This document shows positions 17,894 to 29,703 of a stretch of DNA of 64,000 nucleotides, in pieces. Position numbers and translations under genes: made by a program. The stretch lies in contig CP060770.1 of assembly GCA_023205875.1 (NCBI GenBank), positions 62,001-126,000 on the forward strand, written 5' to 3'. The notes beneath the pieces are model-generated. The model searched no databases. It was not told where the DNA came from and saw only the letters and a program-made list of their open reading frames with translations. Each line of letters starts with the position of its first letter. Within the stretch, counting starts at the first letter, position 1. This DNA comes from Chloropicon primus (Eukaryota).

Positions 17894-17990
17894 GGCAGCG
17901 TCATGGAAGGTAAGAAAGGTAACTATAGTGGTACAACAACATTCATAGATGATTTTGATCCGTACTTTCTCTGCTGTCGGGTCCGGGGGC

Positions 17991-19759
17991 TTACTCCTTG
18001 AACCTTGATCGCGAGCCGGGAAGAGCCTTGCCTGGAAGGGATTTGGATTTGGAGTTAAGCCTCTTTTGCATCCTCTTGTTGACCCTCTGGGAGATCTCTT
18101 CCCTGTTGAGGGGCCGCTCCTCCTCCGCGTTGTCGTCGGCGTCACTCTCGTCGCTCTGCTCGGCCAAGACCGACGGGGGCTCGATGGAGATGGCTGTGTG
18201 ACCAGAGGGCACGCTTGGCCCCGTGCCGAGGACCATGGACGACGCGCCGTCCTGAGGCTGGTTGGTCTGAGAGGTCGCGTAGATCTGAAGCAGCTCGTTC
18301 GTTCGCTGCTCGATGATTCCGAGGTACTGCATCATGTTCGCCTGCTTGATGCCCGAGTCGAGAAGCTCCTTGTTCGTCAGCGAGGCGCACCCAATCCTGT
18401 TGAAGATGTTGAAGATTCCGCTCTTGAGGCCGCTAATCGTCTTGGTGGACTGCTCATATTGCCTCTCCGTCTGCTCCGTCTTCTCCTCCGTCTGCCTCAA
18501 CTTGTCCTCCAGCTGGTCCAAGATCTTCTTCCTCTGGCTCTCCGAGTCGTTGCCCTGGCCCTTGTACTTCTCGATGTCACTCTTGATGTCATTGATCTGG
18601 GACTCCACCTTCTCGATCTCCAGGTTCAGGTCGTTCACGTACGTGAAGAGCGTGAAGTTCTGGTCCTCGGCATCCAAGAACTTGGTCACCAGCTCGTCGA
18701 TGTCAGTGATACCAGTGGCCTCCTGAATCTTTTGGAAAGCCTCGCTGTACGACTTGATCCTATCGACCTGGTTCCTGTGGAGGGCCTTCTCCTTCATCGA
18801 CACCCAGTCCTTGCTCATGAGCTTCTTCTTTCCCTTCTTCTCTCCGTCACCAGCAGAGCCGTCATCGCCCGCGGCATCACTGCTCCTCTTGCTCTCCTTC
18901 ACCTTCATGATGTCCTTCATCTTCTTGTCCTCATCAATCATCTTGCCAAGCTCGCGCCACTCGGACTCGAACGCCGCCTGCTCCTTGTCCGCCTGATTCT
19001 GCAAGATGGTGAGCTCCTGGAGGGCAGCATCCCTGGCCTCGTACGCAGAGTTGGACACCTCAATGATGTTTGCCATCTCTCTCTTCTTCTCCTCGAGCTC
19101 CTTCTCAAGCTTCTTGTATATCTGATCGAACACAAGCCTCTCCCTCCTCAAGGAGTCGATCTGCTCCTTCAGCTTCTTGTTCTTGCCGAGAGCTTCATTG
19201 TACTTGACCAAAGCTTTCTCCAATCGGTTCTCCAAGATTTTGATCTGCCTTTGGGTCTGCTGGTTGTTCTCCCTCGCCGCGTTCACTCCTCCCATCTGCC
19301 TGCGTTGTTCCATGATCCTCTGATTCATCTCAGCAATCTGCTTGTCCAACTCCGACACCCTCCTCTTCTCCGTCTCGATCTTCCGCGTATACAAGTCAGC
19401 CTGGTCCTGGAGCTTGGCGATCTGCACACTCGTCGCGTACCCGTGTCCGGATGGGTTGCACTTGTTGTCCAACAGGATCTCATCCTTCAGCTTGTTGTTC
19501 TCGTTCTGAAGTCTCTGGATCGCAAGCCTTTGCTTCTGCTGAAGGAAGTGGCTGTCCGATTTGGCTGTGGAGAGTTATCATCATTATCAATATTTAATAA
19601 TAAGATAGGGTGGTTGGGTGGAGGACAACGAGCCCAAAGCCAAAGTCAAAACGACGAGGGGGGTCAGTGTCTTAAACTCCAGGAAGACTCAAGAGGATAA
19701 CTGGGGGCATTGGAAGAATGTTATGTAATGCATCACTCACCGTTCTTGTCCACCACCAT
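17991..19759 (-). CDS. ODA1: Outer dynein arm docking complex subunit DC2 (ODA1/CCDC114-like); exons 19759-19741 and 19564-17991
   Basis: Coiled coil with QRLAIQRLQNENNKLKDEILLDNK, MGGVNAA..QIKILENRLEKALVKYN, IQEATGITDIDELVTKFLDAEDQNFTLFTYVN and YLGIIEQRTNELLQIY, closely matching Chlamydomonas DC2. GT-AG intron 19565-19740. Confidence 0.9.
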
Positions 19760-20543
19760 GGTTCTCTTCTCTCTTCTGTGGTTGGTTCTGGTCTTTGCTT
19801 TCTTGAAAAGGCTTCTCCAAGCCGAAACAGAGGGAAACTCCGGTCTATCTTTTCGTCCCTGGCACCAAAAGCGTCAAGCAGGGGGTTCACGGAAAGCTCG
19901 CGAGTTCGCCTACAACGTGATTCGCTTCCCTTTCCTCCTACGAGTCAAGGTCTTGTTCCAAAACCCTCCAATACCTTCAAGGTCTTCCAAGGCCACCGCC
20001 CTTCGCTTCCCTCGTCAGGGCAAACGGTCAAAATCCAGAGATTTAGAGTGGGACCAAGATATTCTATCACAGACGTCACACGAAGAGTTCACTCCCCACA
20101 TGGGACCGAATGTGTCTCATCGAATTCTACACGTTACACTGAAACCTTCACATTGTACACTCCTTTCATCGCTTTTATATATTTTGTGGAAGACGTTAGC
20201 TTCAGAAAGGAGAATCGAGAGCGCGCGGAAGAGGAGAGAGAGGTGAAGACGTCGACGTCTTTTTGAGTCCTTAAGTGATATCAGAGTGAGAAGGAGACGA
20301 GGTAGTTCGATATATTGTCTCTTCCTCTTTCGAAAGAGCCCTCAATCGAGGAGTTTCGCTCTCGGACGGCTTCACAAAGGTTGCATGACCATTTCTTTTC
20401 GTCACGAGTCAGGCGAGAGAGAGAGGTGAAGAGGTCGGCGTCTTTTTGAGTCCGTGCGCGCTATAAGAGTGCGAGGCGATCAACCAGTTCGATAGATCGT
20501 CTCTTTCTCTTTCGATTGAGCCGTCACTTGGTGGGGCATCCCC

Positions 20544-20742
20544 ATGACGGGCGAGAGCGTGAGCAGTCTGATCGGAACGATCAAGGAGTATGGACCCAAC
20601 ACGACCCAGGTCCTTGGGATCCTCAACGTAAGTCAAACGACGAGCGGCACATCACACATGCTTCCCATTCATTTTCCACGAAACACAATCACCCATCTGA
20701 CGACGACCTTCTCCTTTCTCTTCGCCATCATCTTCGTCATCT

Positions 20743-20789
<47 letters not shown>

Positions 20790-20814
20790 CGACCCACGGT
20801 GATGATCTCTATGA

Positions 20815-20867
<53 letters not shown>

Positions 20868-21075
20868 AAGTCTTCGGAGCAGGTGATCAAGAGTTCCTGG
20901 CAGGAGCTGCCGATGATCATGCAGGAGCTTCACGTCGTGCAGAACTCTTTGGCGTGTTCCTACTTTCTGTAAGTCTTTTCACACGAACCTCCCTTCCTCT
21001 CCCTCTCTCCCCTCAAGAGGAAACGAAACTGACACACTTGTCACCTCTCTCTCTCTCTGTCTCTCTCTCTCTCTC

Positions 21076-21112
<37 letters not shown>

Positions 21113-22178
21113 GGCCGAGTGGAACCGGCATGGGCTGTGTGAGGAGCAGGAGAGGTTCTTCCTGGAGACTGCGAGGGTGTTCCTCCTTTCGTGCGACGCC
21201 TCGCAGGTTCAAGCTGCTCCCGGGAAGTTTGCTTCGGTCTGCGCCAAGTTCAAGGACGTTTTGGTCGCGAAAGGGTTTGCCAGGCAAGCGATCCTGCCAC
21301 TCCAGTCCGCGGTGATCAAAGTGCAAATCAGGCCAGATGCCTTGACCCCGGTCCACGCGGACCTCCTGCAGGTCTGCCTGCTGGCCAAGTTCTACGGTTA
21401 CGCTGGGGACTACCTCTACCCCCCGAGGGACACGGCGGGATTCAGCCCCTATAAGTGCCTGACGGTCCTCGACCCCAAGAAGACTGGGCTGACCGTGAAG
21501 AGCTTCTTGCTCTATTGCTACTACAGCGGGATGGTCCTCGTGGGACTGAAAAAGTTCAGGGAAGCCACGGACTTCTTTCTCAAGGCCTTCACCGTCCCCG
21601 CGACGGCGCTCAGTGCGATCGTGATAGCGTCCTACAAAAAGTACCTCCTGATCTGCCTCTTGCTCAACGGCCAAGTGTCCCCGATTCCCGAGTACACTTC
21701 CCAGGTCGTCCACAGGTCGATTGGCGTGTACTGCTCCGAGTACCTGGAGTTTGCCAAGGCTTACGCTTCGCACGACGTGGGGAAGCTGGAGGAAGTCTTG
21801 GCGAAGCACACCGCCGTTTTCAACGGGGACCACAACTTGGGCCTGGTGAAGCAGTGCATCCCCTCCCTGAGAAAGAGGATCATTCAAAGGCTGACGCAGA
21901 CGTACTTGACTTTGTCCCTCGACGATCTTGCGGCCAAGGGCAAGGTGGAGGGAAGTCTCGAAGCCTTTTTGCTGGAAATGATAGACAAGGGTGAGATCTT
22001 GGCGAAGATATCTCACAAAGACCAGATCATCGCTTTCATGGAGGGAGCGGAAACAGAAGGCCTGGACGTGGGTTTCCAAGGGAGAATCGACCAAGCCATC
22101 AATCTGGGGGCTGAGATGGAGGAGCTCGACGAGTCCCTCATGACGAACAGAAGCTTTTTGCAACAACACGTCTCTTGA
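20544..22178 (+). CDS. CSN3: COP9 signalosome subunit 3 (PCI domain); 3 exons (~20544-20627, ~20871-20968, ~21113-22178)
   Basis: LTPVHADLLQVCLLAK, FLLYCYYSGM, SAIVIASYKKYLL and DHNLGLVKQC..IQRLTQTYLTLSL motifs. Introns carry (GAT)n, (CT)n and (GT)n. Confidence 0.92.
20748..21109. repeat. Intronic microsatellites (GAT)n, (CT)n, (GT)n
   Basis: Directly visible runs at ~20748-20790, ~20820-20864 and ~21080-21109. Confidence 0.9.
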
Positions 22179-22229
22179 GAAGATGAACACTCAACTGTAC
22201 TTTGGATTGGAAAAAAAAACTTTAAGCTT

Positions 22230-22622
22230 TTAGACGACCCACTTGAGAATGATGTCCTCCGCGCCGATCTCGCTGTCTCCGTCGAGGTACCTCGTGTACC
22301 TCTCGTCCTCGTCCTCCTCCTCGCCCTCCTCCTCGTTATCAGCGGCGCCATCCGTCTGGATGGACTTGCCGTCGTCCTCGTCGTAGTGCATCATACTGTT
22401 GTTGCCCTCGCCGCAACCTCCGGACGCGAGAGTCTTCGCGATCTCCTGAAGGTCAACGAAGGGAACCTCAAAGTTGAACTGGGTCAAGCGGCGCTTCTCT
22501 CTCAACTTTCGATTGATCTGCTCCGCCTTGGGTCCAACGACCTCGCCTATGGAGGCCCTCTGTTGCTTCTTTTGATTCGTGGGAGCAAAACAGAGTGGAC
22601 TTTCGTACGGAATCGAGGACAT
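22230..22622 (-). CDS. Small hypothetical protein with acidic C-terminus
   Basis: 130-aa ATG ORF, tail-to-tail with CSN3, with coding-like codon bias. Confidence 0.55.
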   Translation of the reverse strand: MSSIPYESPLCFAPTNQKKQQRASIGEVVGPKAEQINRKLREKRRLTQFNFEVPFVDLQEIAKTLASGGCGEGNNSMMHYDEDDGKSIQTDGAADNEEEGEEEDEDERYTRYLDGDSEIGAEDIILKWVV

Positions 22623-23123
22623 CCTTTCACGTCGTCGTTTCTTCTCGTCAACACTTCGATTCTCTTCGCCGCAGAACTCTCCTTCTTTCCCCTCGCCCCT
22701 CTCCCTCTCTCTCGTGCTCCAAAGATGCTGCCTTTGTGTCCCAGACTTAGGGAGTCTGGTTGCTGTACAAACTTGGATGGGCTTCCGAATCGTCTAGTAT
22801 TGCGCCAAAGGGAAGCGAGCAAGTGGAACTCTCACCATGACAGGCCCATGGATACCGCAGAGACCTTCCTTGAGTTCCAGTGGTGCCTGTGATGCAACCT
22901 TTCGACTTCCCTTTGACGTGCCTCCTGGACCTTTGCTTTTTGCCAACCCTGCAGGGGTCACGTGATCGCTGGAACGTCGAAATCTCGATAGGGGAGACGA
23001 GAGGGTGGGGACTCGGACGAGGGGAAAGATGCGATGAGAGAAACCTTTTGTTATGACCTATGGTATGATACACTACAAATAAATAGGAATAAATAGATCC
23101 TTCTTCTTTCTCCCTCTCTAGTT

Positions 23124-26100
23124 TTACAACCACTTGGATGGAGCGAGGGCCGGCTTCGCAAACTTGGCGGCGATGGTGTTGTAGGAGCACACCGGGCAGC
23201 TCAGGTGGAAGGTAGGGCCCTGGTAGGCCTTGAGCAGGAGCTTGGACGTGAGGGGGAGAAGCCTCGGAAGGTGTTCCAGGGCGGCGGAAAGGGAGGGAAT
23301 GATCTTCTCCCTGAACTCCCTCTCTGTGAAGTGGTGGCCGCAGGAGAAGACCACGAGCTGGCCTCTCCCCGCCCTCCTCAGGTCGGCTCCGCTGACCACA
23401 ATCTTTCTCGAAGCATTCGTGGAAGAGCTGCCGCCCACGAGCGATTTCTTGATCTTGCTCCAGCTCTTGTGGGCGACCTTCCTCTGCAGGTCCTCCGTGC
23501 AGCTCTTCTGGGCGACATCCCACAGGAATTTCCCGGAGAAGAAGACGGGCGGGCCGGAAGGCGATTTCTCCGAAATGTGTTGAGCGAGCAACTTCTCTGC
23601 GGAGAGGAAATGGTTGCAAAAGTCCTTCTTCAGCAGTCCGTTGGTCAGGATTCCCTTCTCCAGCACGTCCACCGGGAGGTTGGCCCCGTGCCAGTACACC
23701 AACAGAAAGTATAGGCACTTGATGCACTTGGAAGGCAAAGTGATTTCTTTGCATAGCCTCACCAGCTCCAAGACCGCTTCGCAGTGCTCCTCCTCCGCGG
23801 CCTTTGAAGCTTCCTTGCCTGACATGGATTCTGAGATCTCCAGCAGCCTGCATACGATGGCACTCTCCAGGCACCCGGAGCTCCGAAGCAACCCAGAAGC
23901 CGCTCCAGTGTTGTTCCACGCGATGCAAACTGGCAACGCCCACGCCCTGTCCAGGGTTCCACCGTTCGAGGAAGCAAGAATCCTCTGCAGATTGTCCTGC
24001 AGCCTTGACCTCTCGCCATCGTTCTGGTTCCCCGAGTCAAGCCTTGCCTGCATGGCAAACAGGGCCGAGACCGTTCTCTCGCAGGACCCCAACGAAAAGC
24101 TGGAGGTGTTGGTCAACTTTGCCTCCACAGTGACGTCTCTTGTCAGTAAGCTGACGAGATCCTCCTCTGTCACGAAAGGAAGGTTGGAAACTGCCCCTGT
24201 CTCCATCATCGACTTGAGCATGCTCGCAAAATCGTTGTCGTGAATTTCGAGCAAGCATGACATGGAATCTTCATCCAGGGTGGCACCAACCTCAGACTTG
24301 TTTGCGCCCATGATGCCCGCAAGAATTGCTGCCGATACCATCAACCTGAATGACTTCTCCCCCTTTGCCCTCTTTCTCTTGTCACCGCCTCTGCAGCAAA
24401 CCAAAGCCCAGTCTGCAATGGCAGCGGCAGCCGCGCTCGCAGCGTCTGATGCAACGTTCTCGCCCGTCTGGGCCATCTTCTGCATGAGATTCATGGCTAT
24501 CGCGGCGTGCTTCAGTACCCTCGCCTTCTCATCACTGCTGGTGTTGAACTTCTTCAGCATGCTCAGGGCCCTTCCTGGACATTGGGCTGCCAGGAGCTCG
24601 CACGCGATGTCCAGCTCGGAGAGACCCGCGAGGACAAAGTAAAGATTTGCCTGCGAAAACTTTTTCCGTTTCAAGGCATTGGAAGCAGCTTGCTTGTAGA
24701 GGCGAAGGATGTCAAGCCTGAGCGAAAGGGCCACAAGCTCCGCCTTCTTGGGAACCTCGGCACCATTGTCCGGGGTGTCCAGCAACTTGAAGAACAGCGA
24801 CTCCGGGTTTTGACGCAAGGAACACACGAAAGCCGAGGTGTCTGTCCACAGAAGAATGGCCGCGCTACACTCTGCCGCCATGACCTGCGCGCCGAGAGGC
24901 TTGTTGGCCTTGCCCCTCTCAGAGGGAAAAGGCAGCTGCTGTAGAACCAAATTCATTGGTTTCTGGCCTCTTCCTTTCTCAGGATCAGCGATGAACCTGG
25001 AAATGATGCTGACAAAATAGTGAGAGGTGCTCATGCTGCTGTCCTCGATTCCGATCCAATCAAACGAATTGAAGAGTGCCCCCGCAGCCCCGCTAGCTGA
25101 AACAGCCCCCCCGTTGCTCTTTCCTTCTTCGAGGGCTCTGTGAGGGCCATGAATGGCAAAAATGAGCACGTCTGAGACGATGAGCTGGAGAGTCGCGGGT
25201 GGCAGATTATGCAGAAACACTGCCATTTCCGGGGTGTCCACGTCATACAGCTCGAGCGTGTTGAGAACTGTGTCGTGACAAGCAACAATAGCCGTTTGCT
25301 TCATCTTGTGGACAGAGAGCTGGATCCCACTCCTTCCGGGTGTCACTCCAAAAACATTCTCCCCGAGCTCCTTCACTTGGAACTCCTTGAGAATAGCAGC
25401 CTCTGGCAAGGCCTCGTAGCCGCCCACTGATCCCACGGGGTCTGCACACTCCAACAGCAGTGAGTAGAAGGGGCCTCCCCCCTGAGGCGAGGTGCACAAC
25501 AGCAGAGATTGGTAGCCGTGCGCTCTGATGTGGAAGACTTTCCTCACCGAGCTGGTGCTGCTCGCCGTCGCCGGCGCCGTCAGATCGAACTTAGTGGGCT
25601 CCTCCAGCTCTTGCTGGCACAGCTGGGCGTTTGACTCCAGGTCGTACATCGTGACTTGGCCATTTCTAGCAACCGCACATGCCACCTCGGCGCCGTCTCC
25701 GCTCCTCTTCCAACAAAGGCAGGCAACAATCTTTGACTGGGAATTCCTCATGAGGCAAACCGCTTCTTCGCTGCCCGCGCATTTACTCCTCCTCCTGTCG
25801 TTGCCAGTGGACTGCTTCTGCTCGGCCCTTCCCGCAGCTCCAGGACTGGAGGGAAACTCGTCGTTATCTCCCGCTCCGGCACTCTTTTGAGCCCACGACC
25901 ACGTGGGTCCTGTTGCTTGTGGCGTATCCGGTGCAATGTCTTTGCCCCCGTTGCTCATACCCACGCCGGCGGCTTTGTTGGGACTTTTCCTTTCTGCCGC
26001 CGCAGCCTTTCGCCTTCTCCACGCCCTCACCACGTTGCGTGTGATTTGGTCCGTGTCCAGCACATGCATCCCTCTGGCGTTCGCCACAAGCAACCGAGTG

Positions 26101-26726
26101 CCATCGCTGTTAAACCCGAGGCTGACAATGGAGTGAGCGCTCCCACGCTTCCAAGGGATGACGTGCCACTTCCTTCCACCCAAATCACCGCTTGCGTGTG
26201 TGCAAAAGGCAAGGTGGTTGTTGAGCAGGTCGCTCGCAGCGACGACGATGACTTCGCATTTCTCTTCGCTGGCTTGCTGCGCGTCCTCGCTCTCGCCCCC
26301 ACCGCTGCTATAGACTTTGTCAGAGACCGTGTGGGTCGCAACTGCTGTAATCCTTCTCGACATCTGCACCGTTCTGCTGTCCACGTATTGCCCAGACTGA
26401 AAGGAGTACCCAATCCCTGCACCGCCTCCGACGTGCGTTACCCCTAACTCTGCGGCACCAGCACTCTGAGGCAATGCCGTTGCCTGATACCCCAAGAAAG
26501 CGTCGAAGAGATCCAAAAACATCTCCTCCGTCGGACTCTCCTGCCCTTCAAGGCCCCTCCCACTCCCCTCCTCCCCTCCCTTCCCTTCAAAGTCCAGGAA
26601 CTCGCCGTGCTGCCTCGACGACATTGTTGCTGTTGACGACGACGAAGATGATGGGAAGCCCGTCCGAGACAGGTTCGCCATTTCGAACAGGGACTCGTCG
26701 TACCCCTCTGAGTCCCCTGAACCCAC
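23124..26726 (-). CDS. 1200-aa protein: N-terminal WD40-like propeller, helical region, C-terminal Zn/RING-like motif (vesicle-trafficking-type architecture)
   Basis: Long intact ORF. IVSLGFNSDGTRLLVA and NGQVTMYDL are WD-like repeats; the C-terminus has VVFSCGHHF...LSCPVC. Confidence 0.7.
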   Translation of the reverse strand: MGSGDSEGYDESLFEMANLSRTGFPSSSSSSTATMSSRQHGEFLDFEGKGGEEGSGRGLEGQESPTEEMFLDLFDAFLGYQATALPQSAGAAELGVTHVGGGAGIGYSFQSGQYVDSRTVQMSRRITAVATHTVSDKVYSSGGGESEDAQQASEEKCEVIVVAASDLLNNHLAFCTHASGDLGGRKWHVIPWKRGSAHSIVSLGFNSDGTRLLVANARGMHVLDTDQITRNVVRAWRRRKAAAAERKSPNKAAGVGMSNGGKDIAPDTPQATGPTWSWAQKSAGAGDNDEFPSSPGAAGRAEQKQSTGNDRRRSKCAGSEEAVCLMRNSQSKIVACLCWKRSGDGAEVACAVARNGQVTMYDLESNAQLCQQELEEPTKFDLTAPATASSTSSVRKVFHIRAHGYQSLLLCTSPQGGGPFYSLLLECADPVGSVGGYEALPEAAILKEFQVKELGENVFGVTPGRSGIQLSVHKMKQTAIVACHDTVLNTLELYDVDTPEMAVFLHNLPPATLQLIVSDVLIFAIHGPHRALEEGKSNGGAVSASGAAGALFNSFDWIGIEDSSMSTSHYFVSIISRFIADPEKGRGQKPMNLVLQQLPFPSERGKANKPLGAQVMAAECSAAILLWTDTSAFVCSLRQNPESLFFKLLDTPDNGAEVPKKAELVALSLRLDILRLYKQAASNALKRKKFSQANLYFVLAGLSELDIACELLAAQCPGRALSMLKKFNTSSDEKARVLKHAAIAMNLMQKMAQTGENVASDAASAAAAAIADWALVCCRGGDKRKRAKGEKSFRLMVSAAILAGIMGANKSEVGATLDEDSMSCLLEIHDNDFASMLKSMMETGAVSNLPFVTEEDLVSLLTRDVTVEAKLTNTSSFSLGSCERTVSALFAMQARLDSGNQNDGERSRLQDNLQRILASSNGGTLDRAWALPVCIAWNNTGAASGLLRSSGCLESAIVCRLLEISESMSGKEASKAAEEEHCEAVLELVRLCKEITLPSKCIKCLYFLLVYWHGANLPVDVLEKGILTNGLLKKDFCNHFLSAEKLLAQHISEKSPSGPPVFFSGKFLWDVAQKSCTEDLQRKVAHKSWSKIKKSLVGGSSSTNASRKIVVSGADLRRAGRGQLVVFSCGHHFTEREFREKIIPSLSAALEHLPRLLPLTSKLLLKAYQGPTFHLSCPVCSYNTIAAKFAKPALAPSKWL

Positions 26727-27398
26727 CCCCTCGCCCCCTCCTTGCCTCCCTTCACCTCTGCTGTCATGAGAAGAGAGAGAGAGAAAACCAAAAGCAAACC
26801 CAAACTTGTTCAGTTCACAACATCCTCACCATGAAGCCATTTCCTTCAAGCGACAGCTCCTTCGAAAGCTCTGAAGATGTATCTTCGCTTTATCGGGTTC
26901 TCGCTACCTCCTTCTCTCGTGAACGCCCACTCTTCCCGCTCGAACAACTCCACGATCCCTTGGTGTCACGTCCATGAGTCCAAACGAGTAGGAAGAGTTC
27001 TCGTGAACCATTTCCTTCAAGCGAGTGCTCATTCGAAAGAGCAAGACACGACGCTTTCATTCCAAACCCTCTCCGCCTCATCTTCGCCACCAGACGCGCC
27101 CCTCTCCCACACGAACGGAACGCGAAGCACGAACCACTTACCCATGACTGGAAAAGGTTTCTGTCCCGTTTGTTTTTTTTTGTTTTTCGGTGGAGACAAG
27201 AAGCCAAGTGTCGTTGTGTCGTTCACCATCGAGGAGAGGTCGTGCGTACGTGATGTCCGCCCTCATCCCTCCTCCTCCTCCTCCTCCTCCTCGTCGACGC
27301 GCTCCTCCTCCCCTTTGATCGATCGTGCGATGCGCCAGCAAAAAGCTTTTGTAGCGATCGATCGATCACGATCGGAGGAGGTGAGTTTGGAGGCGACG

Positions 27399-27429
<31 letters not shown>

Positions 27430-27710
27430 AGAGGGATGACATGAGCTCCGTGTTGTCGAGATCTTTCCAACGACACCTCGCTTGAAAGATTTGAAGCCAG
27501 GGATGAGGAGGAGACTGACTGACTCGTGCATGGTTTTGTTCGATCGTGGCCAGGACGAGGGAGCTTGTGAGGGAGGAGTTGAGCGCGGAGAGGGAGGGGT
27601 GGGCGAGAGGGGAGGACGAAGGGAAGCATTGCCTCGCGATCTTTCGATTGGTACTCGCTTCTTGGGTATTTTGACGCACGGGAGGCGACAGGAGGGAGAG
27701 AGGAGGGGTC

Positions 27711-28236
27711 ATGTTCAGTGGTTTGTTGCAAGAGCATCAGCGCAAGGTGGCGGAGTATAGAGCCAAGGTGGACAAGCATCGGAGTGAAGCGACTCAACAC
27801 GCCAACAAACTGTCGGACGCCCTCGTGGATACGGTGAACTCTGGCGTAGCGGAGGTAAGAGGACCACAGAGGAAGAGGCAACGTCGGCGACGACGTTGGC
27901 GAGGAAGAAGAAAGCGTGTTTGTGTTTCGTCTGTTGAGTGCTGTGAAGGTTTTTGGACGCCTCTGACGCCGCCTCTGATGCGTTTATGTCTTGTGCTTCC
28001 GTTTGACTTTGTGACAGGCCTTCCAGACCCAGAAGGTGGTGGAGCAGGAGGCGCGCTCGCTGCAGTCCCAAGCCAACAAGTTCAGCAAGCAAACGCAACA
28101 GTGGATAGCAGCGATAACAACGTTTGACAACGCCTTGAAGGAACTGGGAGACTTTGAGAACTACGTGCGAACTCTCGAGTGGGAAATACAAACGGTTTCT
28201 GATGCTTTGGAGCGAGTCTCGACGGAAGACAGGTGA
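27711..28236 (+). CDS. BLOC1S1: BLOC-1 subunit 1 (BLOS1/GCN5L1); intron 27855-28017
   Basis: LVDTVNSGVAE|AFQTQKVVEQEAR...FSKQTQQW...FDNALKELGDFENY is the BLOS1 signature. Confidence 0.93.
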
Positions 28237-28437
28237 CGCGAGTCGCCGTTTCAAGTGGTGGTGGATCGCCGACTCGTCGTCATCCAGGCCTGTACATTAT
28301 TGAGAATTTGTATAAATTGATCAGATATTGAAGTCAACTCCTTGGGCCGCATGACAGGCGCCGGAACGACCTCTCTCTCTCTTTCCTCTACTTGGGTTCA
28401 AAATTGTTCACGCACGACGTGTTTGGGTTTTTGTTTT

Positions 28438-29520
28438 TCAGGCGGTCGCAGCAGTTGGCTGTTCCAACCCCACGGCCAGCAAGTCCACATCAATCCGCCA
28501 TGACGGTTTGCTGGCGTCCTGCGCGGCCTCATTCACCCACCTCGTGTAGTAGTAGTGCTTGGACCCCGTGGTGGTCCCACCGGCGCTTGCTTTGGTTGAT
28601 ACGCCGTACTCGTGGACCACCGAACTCGGCGACCCCAGGTCAGCCATGGTGTGGATTGGATCACGAGTAAACGAAGTGATGTTGTGCTCCTGGTAGAATC
28701 GAAGGGAATAGTAATCACCGACGTCCACCTTGCTCGTCACGAAGCCGTAATCCACGTTGATGGGGAGGAACTTTGGAGGAACCTGCGCCACGTACAAGTC
28801 ACTCAAGGCAGTGAAGTCGAGCTGGGAGAAGGTCTGGGCGAACTGCTTGTCCCACTCCGTGACATTGGCCAAGACACTCGATCCGGAGTCCAACCTAGCC
28901 TCCTTGGCCAAGAAAGGTGAAGACCAAGCGGGAAGGTCCGCGGTGCTGGCGTCAGGAGGAAAGGTCAGGGCACCCACACTGAGCGCGTGGACGTCGAACT
29001 TCCACTCTTTCATCTTGTTGCAGTAGACCCAGCGCACGTAATAGTTTTGCTGCGGGAATTCGGCGGTCGTCATCACACCAATCTCGTGCAACACTTCTTC
29101 GGACTCCGTGAACACGACAGAAGGCACGGTCTCCATATGAGAGACCTTGGTGGAAGCAAACTCGTAGAACGCTGGCATATGGTCTCGGGTCACAAAGCTG
29201 CCCTGCTCAGGTTCAGCATCCGCGATGAGGAAGCCGTGACCGCAGTACATCTCCGTCAGCTTGCTGTAGTTGCCCCCCTTCCCTGTGTTGTACAACAGAC
29301 TGTATTGCTTCTGCAAGGAGACTATCTTTTGGAAGATGGGACTATCCAGGGGTTCCAGCAATCCTTGGGCACCTTGACCGGTCCCCTTCGCGTGGAACTT
29401 GCTCCCAAGGTTGTGGAACGGAGTTCTCGCGGCCTCTGCGTGTTGTGGAGCGACCACTAGCAGGGCCAGGACGACTCCAACGAGTCCCAAGCAGGCAGCA
29501 GCTGGACTCTTCCTCACCAT
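28438..29520 (-). CDS. Secreted protein with two SnoaL/NTF2-like (DUF4440-type) repeats
   Basis: N-terminal signal peptide (MVRKSPAAACLGLVGVVLALLVVAPQHAEA). Internal duplication: VLHEIGV..YYVRWV..WKFDV and VVHEYGV..YYTRWV..WRIDV. Confidence 0.65.
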   Translation of the reverse strand: MVRKSPAAACLGLVGVVLALLVVAPQHAEAARTPFHNLGSKFHAKGTGQGAQGLLEPLDSPIFQKIVSLQKQYSLLYNTGKGGNYSKLTEMYCGHGFLIADAEPEQGSFVTRDHMPAFYEFASTKVSHMETVPSVVFTESEEVLHEIGVMTTAEFPQQNYYVRWVYCNKMKEWKFDVHALSVGALTFPPDASTADLPAWSSPFLAKEARLDSGSSVLANVTEWDKQFAQTFSQLDFTALSDLYVAQVPPKFLPINVDYGFVTSKVDVGDYYSLRFYQEHNITSFTRDPIHTMADLGSPSSVVHEYGVSTKASAGGTTTGSKHYYYTRWVNEAAQDASKPSWRIDVDLLAVGLEQPTAATA

Positions 29521-29667
29521 AGTGCTTGGAGTCAAGTTCAGTGGTTGTGGTGTCTTCTCTCCAACAGAAGAGGTGAAGCTGGTGGGTCCTGGATCGTTGT
29601 GAATCGTGCAAGGCACGGCTTGGATAGCTCCTGGATCAACAGCACAACGGAAAACCGAGCCAGCAAA

Positions 29668-29703
<36 letters not shown>

